Under the pieces are notes generated by a model. That model searched no databases, was not told the origin of the DNA, and saw only the letters and a list, made by a program, of their open reading frames with translations. A program made the position numbers and the translations under genes. From Paraspadella gotoi (lineage: Eukaryota; Animalia; Chaetognatha), in contig CM119270.1 of the NCBI GenBank assembly GCA_051294375.1, positions 18,015,710 to 18,079,709 on the forward strand: a stretch of DNA of 64,000 bases, read 5' to 3'. Of this stretch, positions 37,978 through 51,948 are shown one piece after another; the stretch's first letter is position 1, and every line of letters starts with the position of its first letter.

Positions 37978-40518
37978 GAATCTTGAGTGGATACTGGATA
38001 ATGATAAACCAACTAATTGCATCCATTCACTATGTCATTCTATGTCTATTAGAGTGGAGCTCTCGGGAACAAAAATTTTATTTAAAATATATATATATAT
38101 ATATATATTTATACGTGTAGTATTTATTTATTAAGTACAAAAAATATTTTACTTATATTCTGAGAGGAACAGTGTCAGAAATTACAATATATTTGTATTT
38201 GTATTTCATCGTGATTATCCTTTCATTTCGTTGCTGTATTTAATATTAGCCTCTGCTTACTATCCTCGCATTCAGAAAAAAACTAATTTTTCCAGTATTG
38301 TTCAGTTACTATTAACAAAATTAATTTAATTTGCACCATAATATAAATTAGGCCAAAATACGGATTGGTTAAAACCATCTCCAGCTATTTCTAATCATAT
38401 AAGAGTAACATTTTTGCAACTTTTAAGAAAAAAAATCATGTCCATTTTTGTCCATTTTCACTTTCGTCTTCAAATTTGAATGTCAAGGAAAGTTGACAAT
38501 TTTTTTTATTTGGGAATTCCTTTCTTCCTTATATCTTCTTCACCCTTGAGTAAAATATTTTTCTTATCATTCATAGTTCACTTATGAATTAATTTTAAAG
38601 TTTACAAGTCAAAAAGTCGCAGTTTTAGTTTTTATTATGAATGTCGTATGTTAGTTACTGTGTTTTTATGTACATCGCAGCCCTCTTTTTGTCAATATGC
38701 TGTCGCCATTATGATTTTTGTCGGCTTTTATGAATAAAACTGTTTAAAAACATCTATTTAGTATATTTTTTTTAAAAGATTTTGTACGACATACATTAGA
38801 GAGATAAAATGACCTACTCGTCAAAGAATCATATCGAGATTAAAATAAAAAAAGTCAAGACATTCATATATAAAACCAAAAAAAAATACTGAAATCCGAA
38901 AATTGGTCTTTCACGAAGAACCTCCAAAAAAAAGTTCTCCGGTTGACACTAATTTTTTTTTCACTCAAAAAAAAAATTAAAAAAAAAAACGTGTCAAAAA
39001 AATGTTATCAACGTCGAAAATTACAGACGCTTTTTCGTTGACGAATCAGGTTAGCGTGTTTCTCACATCCCCCTCCACCGCCCCCCTTTTTCACCCCGCG
39101 TGGCGATCAATCTTTCGCTTTCACTCTCGCTCCCCGACAATCGAAGCATCTCACCGTTATCACTAATTTGCGTCATATCACATCCAATAAAAGATAATTA
39201 TTATCACGGATTTCTCGCCCGAAACGCGTCGAGGGAAATGGCAGTGATTAATGGGAGGTTCTACTCTCGAGGTTGAAAGAAAAAAAAAACTGGGGAGAGT
39301 TTTACTTGTAAGTTTTTTTTTGATATTATCAAGTGGTGAAGATATAGTACAAAATATAATTATTAATTAAGACATTTTATTCACAAAAGTGAATGAGAGA
39401 GACGGTAAGAGAGAGAGAGACTGATATCATATCTCTCTCTCTCTCTCTCTCCTCCTCCTCTCTTTCTCGTCTCTTTCTCTCTTTCTTGGTAAGTGACTCT
39501 AACGTACTCCCGCATTGACAACATATCTTTTCTCTTTTCTCTTGATATTAAAAGCGGTTTACGGCCGTCCTCACGCTTCCCCAGGGTAAGCAACATTGGG
39601 GATCGATAAAAGAGCCACAGTCATGACTGAAGGTATCATTCTCGTAGGCGTGGTGAACTTATTCAATTCCCAACTACACAATTTTTCTCATTGTCTGAAA
39701 TACCAATATCTCTTCTCAGAACTGAATCAAAGATCCACTGTGAAATGAGCCGATTGAAACGTTAAGATCCCGTTAGGAAACAACAGGATGACAGATTGCA
39801 GAAGTGACAGATGCGCCGACAGCACTGACTGAGAACAGGTGCCGCGTCCTTGGCTTCAGCTGGATGAAAACCGCGAAATCTAATCGTGCGCTCTAATTAA
39901 ATCGCTCTTGTAATCAAGTTACAGTCGTTACAGTAAGTTACATTCAATTGTAGATCTGTTAAAAGGGAGGATGTAAATGTTTCGTGGTGATTCTTTGTTT
40001 TGTTTTTTTTCTCCCTTTTTTATGTTTTTTTAATATTGTCGAGTTGTTTTTTTTCATTACATATTTATCAAATATAAGAAGATTTAAATTTTTTTTTTTT
40101 AAATTAAAAAATTTTTTTTATAAATCAGGCATAACCTTGGTCCCCAAAAAAATTACCCATTTCACCCCTTTCTCTTTACCCTTTTAGATATTATGAGGTT
40201 CTCATTAATGATTTTCTTAAAGAAAACTAGTAATATAACCTTGGGTTGTATAGATGCTCCCTCAGACAACACTAACAACCCTCTCCCATTAATAATACTT
40301 TCAGATTTAGATTATCAAAAAACAAAATTAATAATAATAAAAACATTTTAAAAAAATATAGAATTTGTAATAAATAATTATATTGCATATTATAAAATCT
40401 AAGACTTAAAATAGTGAAACAAATAATTTTGCAATTTTCATAAAAATTTTGATCCGACATCAACCTTCAGCAGCTCTGGTAATCGAAGACGGCTTTCCTC
40501 TGGGAGTGCTTCAATGAC

Positions 40519-40564
<46 letters not shown>

Positions 40565-40779
40565 TTCTCAGTTTTCATTTTCTTCAAGGTTGAATACACC
40601 TTTTCTAACTTTTTCCATGGCTACTCGACCGTTTCTTTCTCCCCCCTGAACTTAAATCAGTATCATAGGCTTTATGCCGTCTTGAACTTATTAAAGTAAT
40701 ATCAATTATAATTTTGTTAAACCCCGTCTGCTTTAGTAGCGTCTATTTCAAACATTGATTGTTTAATTCTAACTCAACG

Positions 40780-43700
40780 ATGGTTTTAGACGATTTGTTT
40801 TTGGCGATGTCATTGGTTATCAATGTATTTGATGTGATAAGCGACATCAAGGTCACTTGGAGGTTGGTCACTTCGGCCAGCGTTTACTTCAAGACGATCG
40901 GTTGGCTGCTGGTCTCTGTTTTGATGATCCACAATCTCATCTCCTCCATTTTTGGACTCAGTTGTCTTCTTAAAAACAAAAGGTACAATCGACTAAAAAT
41001 AATAAAGCATTGATCGCCTCACACTTTACATTGCTTTGTGATCATTAAAGTACTTCATCTTGGCTTTCTCGACTAATAATTGTTGATTATTCTATTTAAT
41101 TAAAGAAGTTAATATTCATTATTGTTTTAACATTCATTATTTCAATTGATGTTGCCTGCAGCAGGCATTGCACAGGTTCACCACAAATAAAAATATCAAT
41201 CTACTTCGAATCAAATAAGGCTATTCAATTTTTAAAACTTAATTTCAGAGATTTTGCACGACTGACGAAGAGTCCCCTCAGAATTTGGACCACCACAGTT
41301 ATTCATTGCAATTGGATTGGGGATGATACCAATTTTAATGGGATGTCATTCTGGATAAAAAGTTTGGAATACATGGTAGAAAATCTATAATTTTTTTAAT
41401 ACTTTAAATTGATTAGTCATTAGCCACTTTTTCATAATAAAATAGTCCTTACTCCTTAAAAATCGATCAGAAAGTTATAGGACGTCAAAGTCGATTGATA
41501 CAAAACATCTAACGAGAATAAATTGATTTTAATGAAGAGTCTCATTTTTTTCCTTATTATAATATATTTATAATATGAAATTAGCTGAAAAAATTCAGCA
41601 TCAAATATCAGTAAGGATAGGTGTCAACCATTTTCAACCTAAATCAAATTAAAATATTAGGGAAACTATATAGAAAAACAATCTTTTAAAAATAAAGAAA
41701 AAAGATTACCCAAGGTTAATTTCAAAGCTTTTTCACATCAAAGTTTTTTTCCTTTTGGCATCTCGTGTTAAAACAGACAAATATACACTCTTACAATTAT
41801 ATTAAGACTTTAAAGTCTTGCTATATTCTACTGCTTGAACCAATTCAAATTTTTCTTGCACCAATTGATAGCACTTTAAAAGAGCTATCTTTTTCATCTA
41901 TATTTTCTAAAAATTAAAAAAGAAATAGTGGTGTACTTAAAGCTACCTAGTGTCTACTTTTTTTTGCGCCACAGTGTATTTTAAAACAAAATAAAGATGT
42001 TGTTTGCTCGAACTTGTTAAAATAGAAATTCATGTTTGTGAATTTTATCATAACTGATAAAGTTGTTTAACAAAAAAGATTTTTCAAGCTTTTGTGTTCC
42101 AAATCAAAAAAGGAAAATGAACTATTATTGATAAGTTTTGCAATCATTGACAGGTATTTTATCTCATTTTCTAATAACTCTGTTAGCTCATTATTCTACT
42201 TTATTATTTTTTAAAACTTAAATAATATAATAAATTTCTCTATTTTTTTTTTTTTTTTTTTTGCACTTGGCTGTACTGACTGTAAAAGTTTAAAACAAAA
42301 AAAAACATATCTCAAAGGTGTTGCATTAAAACATCGCTTGGAAAGGAAATTGTATCACATCCACGTCTTATTTGAAGCCTTTCCCCAACTAATTCTTCAG
42401 ACTGCAGCCTCAGCTTTGGAGTGGACCAGAGAGTCGAGAGAAGTATGCTCTTTCTTTAACTTATATTTTTTTCTGTGTTTATATCATCGCAAATCATCAC
42501 TCTAAAAATGATGGGAAAAAATTCAATTAAAGTCATGAATGAACATGATGTAATACAAATTGTGCTGAAGCAATATAAAATATATGTTTTAGTTTTAGTT
42601 TTATTAATAAAAGTCTTTTTAGATGATTAAGAAATACATGGATTAACATTTTTAGCCGGATCTGCTTACAGCAGTTCCCGGCTCTATAATTCATTTTGTC
42701 GGTCCGTCGGTCCGCCCCCCCAATCTTGTCGGGGTTTCACAGAAATCATGTCAGAACATCGAATTATGATAAATTATGCAAANNNNNNNNNNNNNNNNNN
42801 NNNNNNNNNNNNNNNNNNNNNNNNNNNNNNNNNNNNNNNNNNNNNNNNNNNNNNNNNNNNNNNNNNNNNNNNNNNNNNNNNNTATTAATAAATAAGTAAT
42901 TAATTAATTAATAATTATTTGTTAATTAATTTTGTCATCGAGATTGTTTTGTGATTGAGAGGCGAGACAAAGTGGAAAACGATTCTGACACGAATAAAAA
43001 AAATTAATATTAATTAATTAATTATCTGATCAGCTGCTTACCGCTAATGATCGTGGGCAGATCCGGCATTGTTTGCTCAAACTTGTTTAGATATTGCTTT
43101 ACTTTGAAAATAATTTAAATGATCTTGCACAGCTGCTTATACTCTTAAAAATTAGTATCCGTGAGTTTGTGATAAAATACGATTACATCTGAAACCGGGA
43201 AAGATACATAATTCTCAAGTAAACAGAAAAAGTTATGACTATCCAAATAACGTTCTCACTTTTATCCTCTACGTACAATCGATTTACTATAGCGGTCTCG
43301 CGTTTTGGTAAAAATTCCTATGAAATTGAGCAAAATCATACCGAAAAAAAAATTAGGAATACAAAATTTGCAATCGTTCATAAAGCAAGTTTCACGCTTC
43401 ATTTCAGATCTGTTTGCCAGAATTTTTTTTCAAAACCGAATACAAAACTAACGTTGGCAAACGCTTCATCCTTAACGACGACAAAACTTTTTCAGCGAGG
43501 AACCTGAGCTGCTTCTGTCGTAATAACGGGGGAGATCCCCCCTACTATAGCTTCGTTTATAAATGTGGTTGGGTAGTCGAAAACTACTTTGCCTTAATTT
43601 CGATATCCCTTTCCACTTATAGCGTTGCCAGGGCAGCGGCCGAGTGGCGGGAAACAATCAACGTCGGGACTCGTATTCACTGGCGATGCCTTCATTCTCT

Positions 43701-44466
43701 CTGCAAATGGTTGGCAACCTTAGGAGGAGTTTTTGGCATGTCTCTGTGCTTGGCTCTAGTGTATGACAAAACGGTCTCCTTCTCCATTTGGTTCGTCTTT
43801 CTCTCTCCAGTCATCATTTTTTGCGCGTTTTCACCTCGCGAATTGAAATATCTTGTCTCAGACTTGTGGAGCTCCCAGCATCATGAGAATTGGAAATTCG
43901 GATCGTCCGCAACGCTAAACTCTTTGGTAAATATGGCCCTATTGTCTTTTTTTCTCGCGGCTGAGAAGCAAAGTGACAGAACACGGTTGAATTCTTTAAC
44001 CTGGGGAATCGGAAAGCTGAAATACGATTTGTCACCGAATTTGGTCTTCAAATTTCAATATGGAACTCAGACGACACTGAAAGAAATGTTATGTTACACA
44101 ACAGCGGGCATTGTCGATATAAAATCCTGGGCTAATATAACCTTTTTTGACTTTGAAATCAAATATGACAAACAATGCAATGAAAAATTTGAAAAAAATG
44201 ATCGTTTCAGAAAAAATGTTATGCCACCTTACATTGGTAACAACTTGGGTAATTATTATCTTTTGAGCTTTGACTATTTGATTCTTTTAGTTTTGCTAAT
44301 TTTTAATCATTTAATAAATTTTGTTCATGAAGTTATTTTTTCATTCCTAAAGGGCACCTTAAAAAAATCATTTTTTAGGTTATTTTTTCTTGTGTGTTCA
44401 ACATGTATAATTTACGTTAATTTGTATTATTTAATCTATTTAGAAGAGAATTCATCAAAGCTTTGA
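40780..44466 (+). CDS. XK-related (Xkr scramblase family) multi-pass membrane protein; exons 40780-40982, 41249-41375, ~42289-42442, 43408-44466
   Basis: N-terminal FDVISDIKV (XK D-x-x-S-D motif), HVLFEAFPQLILQ (XK E-x-x-PQLxLQ motif), ISISLSTYSVA, multiple TM helices; GT-AG borders, with small indels in exons 2-3. Confidence 0.75.
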
Positions 44467-45164
44467 ATCATTGTGAGAAATGGCAAACTAGAGAAGCCAA
44501 ATAATGAAAACCAATTTTCTTTAATAAATATATAAGTCATGCATGTCTTTTTGATGTCTGTAACATGTTGTTTTAAAGCCGAAATTTTTTGATTTGTCTG
44601 ACAAATTACAAACGCGCAAATATTGGTATGAAGTCAGACTTTCAATCGACAATAAGCCATTTTTTAATAACATAAGAAAAAAGAACAGGTAAAAACAAAT
44701 TAATATGCACATGAAAGAATTCGGAAATTACAGGTTTTACCAACTTTTTTAGAATACAACGCTATAATGACATATATATAAATAATAATAACAAGCTTGA
44801 CAGCAAACAATCCAAATTTATACAACTTGCCATCGGAATGTTTGCAACATGAAAATTAGTTAGATGCAAATTTGTATTTTTAAAAAAAGACTTATTAACT
44901 AAAAAGGGCTGGATTGAATTTTTTCATATGAATTATAAGGTAAAAGATTTAATAAATATANNNNNNNNNNNNNNNNNNNNNNNNNATGACTTTTGAAATT
45001 AAAGAAAATTCTGTTATAAATATCATTATTGAAATTGCCGGCCATTTTGACTTCTTGGCGAGATACGATATTTATAGCTCAAGTAAAATGAAGACAAGGC
45101 AAAAATGAAGATGGAGTTGCGCTCGCACAGGGAAGGCTGTATGTTTAAAAAGAGATATATTGGT

Positions 45165-45468
45165 CATCAAAGCTTTGAATCATTGTGAGAAATGGCAAAC
45201 TAGAGAAGCCAAATAATGAAAACCAATTTTCTTTAATAAATATATAAGTCATGCATGTCTTTTTGTGTCTTGAATGATGTTTGTATGTATGTATAGCCAA
45301 AATTTTTGATTTGTCTGACAAATTACAAACGCGCAAATATTGGTATGAAGGTCGCAACTTTCAATCGACAATAGCTTATTTTTAATAACTATAACAAAAA
45401 AGAACAGGTAAAAACAAATTAATTATGCACATAGAAAGAATTCGGAAATTACAGGTTTTACCAACTTT
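45165..45468 (+). repeat. Noisy duplicate of 44453-44746 across the 25-N gap at 44961-44985
   Basis: Colinear sequence starting tcatcaaagctttgaatcattg. Confidence 0.85.
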
Positions 45469-45492
45469 CTTATCTCTCTCTTTTTTTTCAAG

Positions 45493-45795
45493 TCATTAGA
45501 TCAAAGATTGGCGATCGATGACGTCATTTACGATTTTTACAACAGAGCGTTAGTCTCGAAAATTGTGGCTCCGTTCATTGATCAAGTCAGTTTGTGTCGT
45601 GACGTTAGAATTTACGAGGATGTGAGCGATTCTATTTTTCGCGCTCATCATTTAGGCTTCACTCGTATGTGGAATTTAACTCGTCTTTATACAAATTTTC
45701 TTTTCACAATCGAACAAAATCTCGACAATAATCTCTCGTTTTTATTTTTAGCTTTTTACTTTCTCCCGATCGTTTTTTATATAAGTTTTGGATAG
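45493..45795 (+). CDS. Orphan exon-like ORF with hydrophobic C-terminus, function unknown
   Basis: Pyrimidine tract + AAG, then ~100 open codons (LDQRLAIDDVIYDFYNRALVSKIV...LSFLFLAFYFLPIVFYISFG*), non-repetitive. Confidence 0.3.
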   Translation, partial: SLDQRLAIDDVIYDFYNRALVSKIVAPFIDQVSLCRDVRIYEDVSDSIFRAHHLGFTRMWNLTRLYTNFLFTIEQNLDNNLSFLFLAFYFLPIVFYISFG

Positions 45796-45972
45796 TTGTA
45801 AATTTAGATTTGACTGTCCAAGATCTTGTATTAATGAATGATATAAAATTATGAAGTAAATACTTTAGGTAGTACTAATTCATTTTTACTGAAAAGTTTT
45901 CGTAAGGTTTTTTCAAATCAATTTACACATCAGTATTGAATTCAATTAATGAAAAGACAATTAAGTCGCAAT

Positions 45973-46600
45973 TAGGGTTACGATAACCGTTAACAGTTAA
46001 CGGTTTTTAACGGTTCAGTGCCGCTAAGAGGGCTGAACATCACCAGCAGCCGTGGAATGGGTAATGGCTAGAAACCAGGCTTGGCGATTTACGGCGTCCT
46101 TACGCTCTCCAAGGGCAGGCATTGGGTATCAAATAGTTTATTGATACAATATACGGCGAAAAAAAAAATGGAAATGATTTTTAATAATTGTTATTTCATC
46201 ATCACCATGAAAAAATGACAATGAAGGGACTCGGATCATTGGAACAATCTCAATATATACGTAGAGTGCAAAAGTAATGAAAGGTTACGTTGAATCGTTT
46301 AACATTAAAGTAAACCAAGAGATAAAAAAGTAGTTATTGCTATTTTTGCTTCAGCTATTGTAACTGAACCTTCTGAGTACCAAATGGCTGCATAAATTGA
46401 TATATATTGGGTAAAGGAGTTGTCTCTGAGATCATAAATTCGTGCAAAAGTAGGCTGAAACTCCTTTTAGCTTTTATCTTGCATTAGCGACCTAGGGTTC
46501 CGATAACCGTTAATTTTGAGAAATTCTTCGCTAACCGTTAAAACTAATATTTTAACGGTTAACCGCTTTAAAAATCGGTTAATTTTATAATTTAACCTTG
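45973..46600. mobile_element. Fragments of hAT-like non-autonomous element(s) with TAGGG start and AACCG/CGGTT subterminal repeats
   Basis: tagggttacgataaccgttaac (45973) and tagggttccgataaccgttaa (46493); clustered aaccg/cggtt. Confidence 0.45.
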
Positions 46601-46601
46601 G

Positions 46602-46819
46602 TAGAGAGGAAAACAATTTATTTTGTTTTGTTTCAGCGAATTTTTAGGACATTTTTTTCGGACATGTTTTGAGTTACAATTATGGAGTCTTTACTCAGCA
46701 ATGCTGCATGATGCGTCAAATACTGAATGAAGACTCTTAATTGTTTAGAGTTGAAACATGTCTAAAAAATGTCCTAAAAATTCGTTGGAAAACAAAACAA
46801 ATAAATTGTTTTCCCTCTA
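46602..46819. mobile_element. Fold-back MITE, ~218 bp with ~95-bp inverted arms
   Basis: tagagaggaaaacaatttattttgttttgtttcagcgaatttttaggacatttttt ... aaaaaatgtcctaaaaattcgttggaaaacaaaacaaataaattgttttccctcta. Confidence 0.85.
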
Positions 46820-48187
46820 AAATTGAAAAACACAATGAAATCGAAAGGTCCCCTATACACAATATATAATTTAACTTTAAATTTAAAATATATTATTTAA
46901 AATTCAAACTAAAGTATTAATAATATCTTATCTTTAAACCCTTGCTCCTGAACTTTTTTAAGGTCTTCTATTTCAGATAGATAGGTACATCATTTTAGTT
47001 AGTAAATGAAAAATTGGTTTGAGAAACTATTTTGAATTCTAACCTATGAAATTTAGCTAATTAGATAGATGCATCGTGGATAAATCTTACTTACAAAACT
47101 TTTTTTTTTGCCTCATAGCTATAATAAAATATATAAAAAGACAAAGAAAGAAAAACCAAATGTAATTCTAATTCTATGGTTTTGTTTTTTTTCTTTTCTC
47201 TCTCTATCTCTTTTTATTTCATTATATTCTTCATTAAAACTTTATGAATTTTAAACAATAAAAATACTAATCAAATTATCTTATATTATTTATGTAGGAA
47301 TTTTTTAAAATATAATTTAAAACATAAATTATTTTATTGATTATTAATTTATTTTAATTATTTTATGTATGAATTTCAGTAAGATTTTTCTTGGAAAAAA
47401 AAAAACAAAGGCGAAAAGAATCCGTTTCTGTCGTTTTTATCTTAGAACGGAAACATTTTTTGTTGAACGTAACAACGAGATGAACGACGTACGACTACGA
47501 CCGCCCACTAAATTAACGATAACATTGAACATTTTATACTAAAGAAGAAAGAAGAGAGAGGAGAGGGAAGATAGGGGAGGAGGAGAAAATAACATTGAAC
47601 ATTAATCCAAGTGGAGCTTTAAAAGTGACTTAGATAAGAACTCAGAATGTGTTTTTTAAGTTACTGAAAAGGATTTAAAAACTAATTGAAACTTTTTGTG
47701 TTAGTGGGGTTTTTGTTTATTCCCCGGTTTGAGCCTATTGAGGGCTCGGTGGTGTGACGATATGTATCTCTGCCTCTTCTCTCGTCGTCTCTCTACTCTC
47801 TCTCTCTCTCTCACGCTCTCTTGCTCTTTTTTTTTTCTTTTTCTCGTGTCTACTTTTGGTGATCTTGAAAAAAAAATGGAAAGAATTTTAGTTGAAGAAG
47901 AAAGTCGAAAAGAATCTTTGTGGTCTGAATGAATCAAGATTTTCGGTCTTTGTTAGATACAAGAAACGAGGAGGGGAAATAGACAGACAGATGACTGAAA
48001 GGCCAGACAGCACAGATAAGACAAAGAACAAAAAACTGTCTTGTTGAAGAATGAAATAAAAAAGAAAGAAAGAAGAAAAAAACATGAAAAATGGTTAAGA
48101 GAAGTTAAGAATTTAATGACGTGTAAATAAATTAAGAATTATAATTACAAAACAAGNNNNNNNNNNNNNNNNNNNNNNNNNTCCGAA

Positions 48188-51100
48188 CAACGGTTACCTT
48201 TTTACAATCTCCGAGCTTTAATCGCATCGGAGATGCACAAGTGATGAGAAGGTCCCGGATACGTTTCCGGACCTTTTGGCCATACAACCAAAAAAGGGTA
48301 AACAAATTATTTCCTCTCTCGACAGTGATATTTTATTATAAAATTTTAATATTAATAAATATAGCTACTATAATCATACTATAGTAGAATTAAAAAAAAT
48401 TTAACAAAATGGTTTAGAATTTTGGGGGGTTAACAAATCGAAAATATACAATGCTATCATCCATTATCTATAATGAACATTTTTTCGTAATTGAGATCCA
48501 TAACCATCTCATTCATATGCTTACTCGTTTTATTGCATAGTTAATTATATTTTCTCTCTTATTAAAATATCTAATTAATTAAATTTTTTTTTCAGAAGGT
48601 ATGTTAAATTAAAAAATGATAACTTATGCCAAACAGTTGATTTTGCAAGAAAATCTTTATCGAATAATATAAATGGATGCCTTCTACTACCTAACTATAG
48701 GCTGTCTCAATACATTGTATAGTCAGATTTGTTATGGATTGATGTTATTGACTATAAGAAATAAATATTTAAAATATTAAATATCATGAAAAAATTGCAT
48801 AAACTTTTGATTTTTTTTTTAGCAATATAAACATAATTTTTTATATTATTTGTTCAATTGATGCTTATTAATAGCTAACTTCCGGTCAGTTGTATCCTTC
48901 TTCAATTTATAATAATTTAATGATTAACTTTTTTAATTCATTTTAGATAAAATAATAGATCTGACCATTTTTACTTACTTTGACATAAATCCAAAAATTT
49001 ATGTATTAAGAAAAACTATATGTATGAAATATCTATTATATATATTTTAAATCAGCATGCTATTTTAATTTTTATGGAATTGATAATTAATAATTATCCT
49101 ATGGACAACTTGTTAAAACAGTTTTAAATCTCATCAAAATTTTTAAGGCCAAAAGTTAGGTTGTTTAAAAAAAACTTGCAAGATCGCAAAAAGTATAAAA
49201 AAAGTCTATTGTACTTGTAATATCTTTTGAAATAAAAAGAGTGTGTTAAGGTGTTGTGGTATCAAACTTCAAGCCCAATCAGTGAACTATTCTAGAACGA
49301 TGTTTTATTAATTTTATCCATAAATCTTTACAAGTTTTTATCTATAAGATACGACGCTTAAAAGATTATACAGTTTGTTGCTGCATTACATTTCAATGAA
49401 GGCTATTGAAATTTGTTTGGTTTTCTTTTTGACATTGAAAGAGGAAGGTTCTGATATTACATTTAATTATCATTAAATTTTACTCAACTTTATAATTTTG
49501 CGCTTGTATTTTTTAGGTTAAAATAAAAAAGAAAACAAGCAAAAAATTTTGTAGTAGTTGAATTAAATGTTTTTTTAATATGAAAAATGATAAATAATAA
49601 ATTTTTCAGTTGATATAAACAGTATCTGGACGTCTACCTATCTTGTCTGTATATGTAATCATTTTTCATTATCTTCAACTGCAAAGCAAAAGCTATGATA
49701 TTTACTGCTTGTTTATCGTAATAAAAATTTAAAAAATTACTTTAGACTGCTTGACATATTGACAAAGCACGACATCATTGATTGTTGAAATTGTATTTGC
49801 TAATTTTCTTTTAAATATAACCACCTTATATAAGGGAAATTTAATTCTATATTTATATCATTTCATTTTAATTAAGAAAAAAAAATTCGCAAAAGTGGTT
49901 GGGTATGTGTGGTATGTTCATTTTTTAACGGTCTTCTTTACTGCCCCCATTACGCAAGAATTAAAAAGGTCATTATTATCATTCCACTATGTAACAGATT
50001 TCATCTACCCTTTATGCCACCTGCATTCTGGGAAATTTTTCTTTTTTTCCCTTTCAAACTGTATTAAATTGTATGTGATTAGAACGAACAGGCATGGAGG
50101 ATCCGTTTGGTAGCCTTAGTTACCCCCTTTCCAATCAAATTTTTAAGACAAGGTTTTTTTTTTAATCTATTCTAGACATTAACTCTAATATTGTTACCAT
50201 TTCTATATTTAATTGTTTTTACATTCTCTTTGCGTAATTGTGAGGGAAACGTTTTGCGGCCTATACCGAGGACATTTACACAGGTGTTCAAATGTGGTAT
50301 ATATTAGAAAAAAAGTAACTGTTTTCAAAAATGTAAAAAATCTATAGAGGAATCTACTATACTTAACAAATTTACTGACGTTTAATATGTATTAGAACTT
50401 TGTATGCCACTCCAATAAAAAAACTGCTTAAAGTATATACCTGTTTTCTGTCATATTTAAAAAGGCTACTGAATTTGAAGTTAAAAGCCTTACAAAGCAG
50501 TTCGAATATCAATTATTTTACATGTATATATTTAAACTTTGAATTTTCGGTTTCCAGGATAATATTATATCGAGCTTCAAACAATTTATAATAGCATGTG
50601 ATTTAAAAAAAGTTTGTCTGTTCATACATAATTTTTAATATCAGTAATTTTTTGGATTTTGTCAAAGAGTAAGTGAAATTTATAGCAGTCAGGTATTATT
50701 AAAAATAAAAGAAGTTATAAAATTATTATTAATTGAGTAATGATACAACTGACAGTAGCTGTATTAAAAGCATCATATGAAAATTAATTAATAATTATGT
50801 TTATTATGCTAAAAAAAAATTCAAGTTAATAATTTTTTTTTCATTATATTTTAATTTTATAATTATTTATTTTCATGTCCAACTATCATATAATAAACTT
50901 TACTATATATGTTATTTGAAGGCCTATTAGGTATGGTAGGATCCATTATAATATAAAATTTTTCTTCATCATTTGCCATAGTTATAATTTTTTAATTTAA
51001 GCTGTAATTTGGATAAAAAAAATTGAAATAATATTTAATAAAGGAATATTAATTACAAAATAAACTATTAAAGATAGAATAATGGTTATCGGACTTCAAA

Positions 51101-51384
51101 CGAAAGAAAATGTTTCATAAATTATGGATGATTGCATGTGTATTTCTCACATTTTAACAAAAAAATTGTAAACCATTTCTTTCATATCTCTTTTTGCTAT
51201 TTCGTACTTTTATTATATTTACTATAGCTAATTTTAATTTTTAATTTCTAGTAGAAAACTGTCATTAGGAAAAAGTTTGCATTACCCTTTTTTGTGTTAG
51301 CCCAAAGGTTCCGAAACGTATTCCGGGACATTCTCATTCTTGGCATCCATGGCCGATTTAAATCGATTGTTAATAAGGACCGTG
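48188..51384. mobile_element. Non-autonomous DNA transposon, ~3.2 kb, ~0.85-0.9 kb TIRs, CAC(GG)...(CC)GTG ends, 4-bp TSD CGAA (Chapaev/CMC-like)
   Basis: 48188-~49105 is the noisy reverse complement of ~50555-51384 (e.g. gtcccggatacgtttccggaccttttgg vs ccaaaggttccgaaacgtattccgggac). The right end reads ...ggaccgtg|cgaa and the left cgaa|caacgg; no transposase ORF in the AT-rich interior. Confidence 0.75.
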
Positions 51385-51736
51385 CGAATTTACCGTTATA
51401 ATTATCGGTTAGGGTAAATTATTTTTAACGGCTGAACCAATGGATAACGTTTCTCATTCCCGAACCAAAGTCGCAGATGGAAAATTTCAGATTAAAAATA
51501 CGTAATCAACAACGGTCGACGATTCTAATCCGCAGTCAATTAACGCTCCGGCGCGGCTCTGCGCTGCCCTGCATTGCGGCTCGGCTGTTCGGCCGCTCGG
51601 TAATAATATTTTAATACTACCGAGAGAATTGATCGGGTAAAAGGCTTCAGTCACGCGGCAGGGTCCACGGTTCAAGCCCAAGTCGGAACAGTTCTTGCGA
51701 AAGAGCGCCGGAACGATTCAACTACGTCAAAATCTC

Positions 51737-51948
51737 GGCTCTTGTTTCCGAGTGTGCCCCTTTTCCGTTCTGTTTATCCCATAATTTAATTTGATATTAT
51801 ATTTAACCTTAATTGATTTTAAACTTATAAATCTAACCTTAAACTAATCCTTAAGTTTAATCTCTAATTTATTATTTAATCTTTTACTCGAAAAGTTGAA
51901 CTAATTCTGAATTTAGGATAAAATGGGGCGTTCAGGGAAAATAAGGCC
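51737..51948 (+). mobile_element. MITE-like family A copy
   Basis: ggctcttgtttccgagtgtgcccctttt ... aaaatggggcgttcagggaaaataaggcc. Confidence 0.65.
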
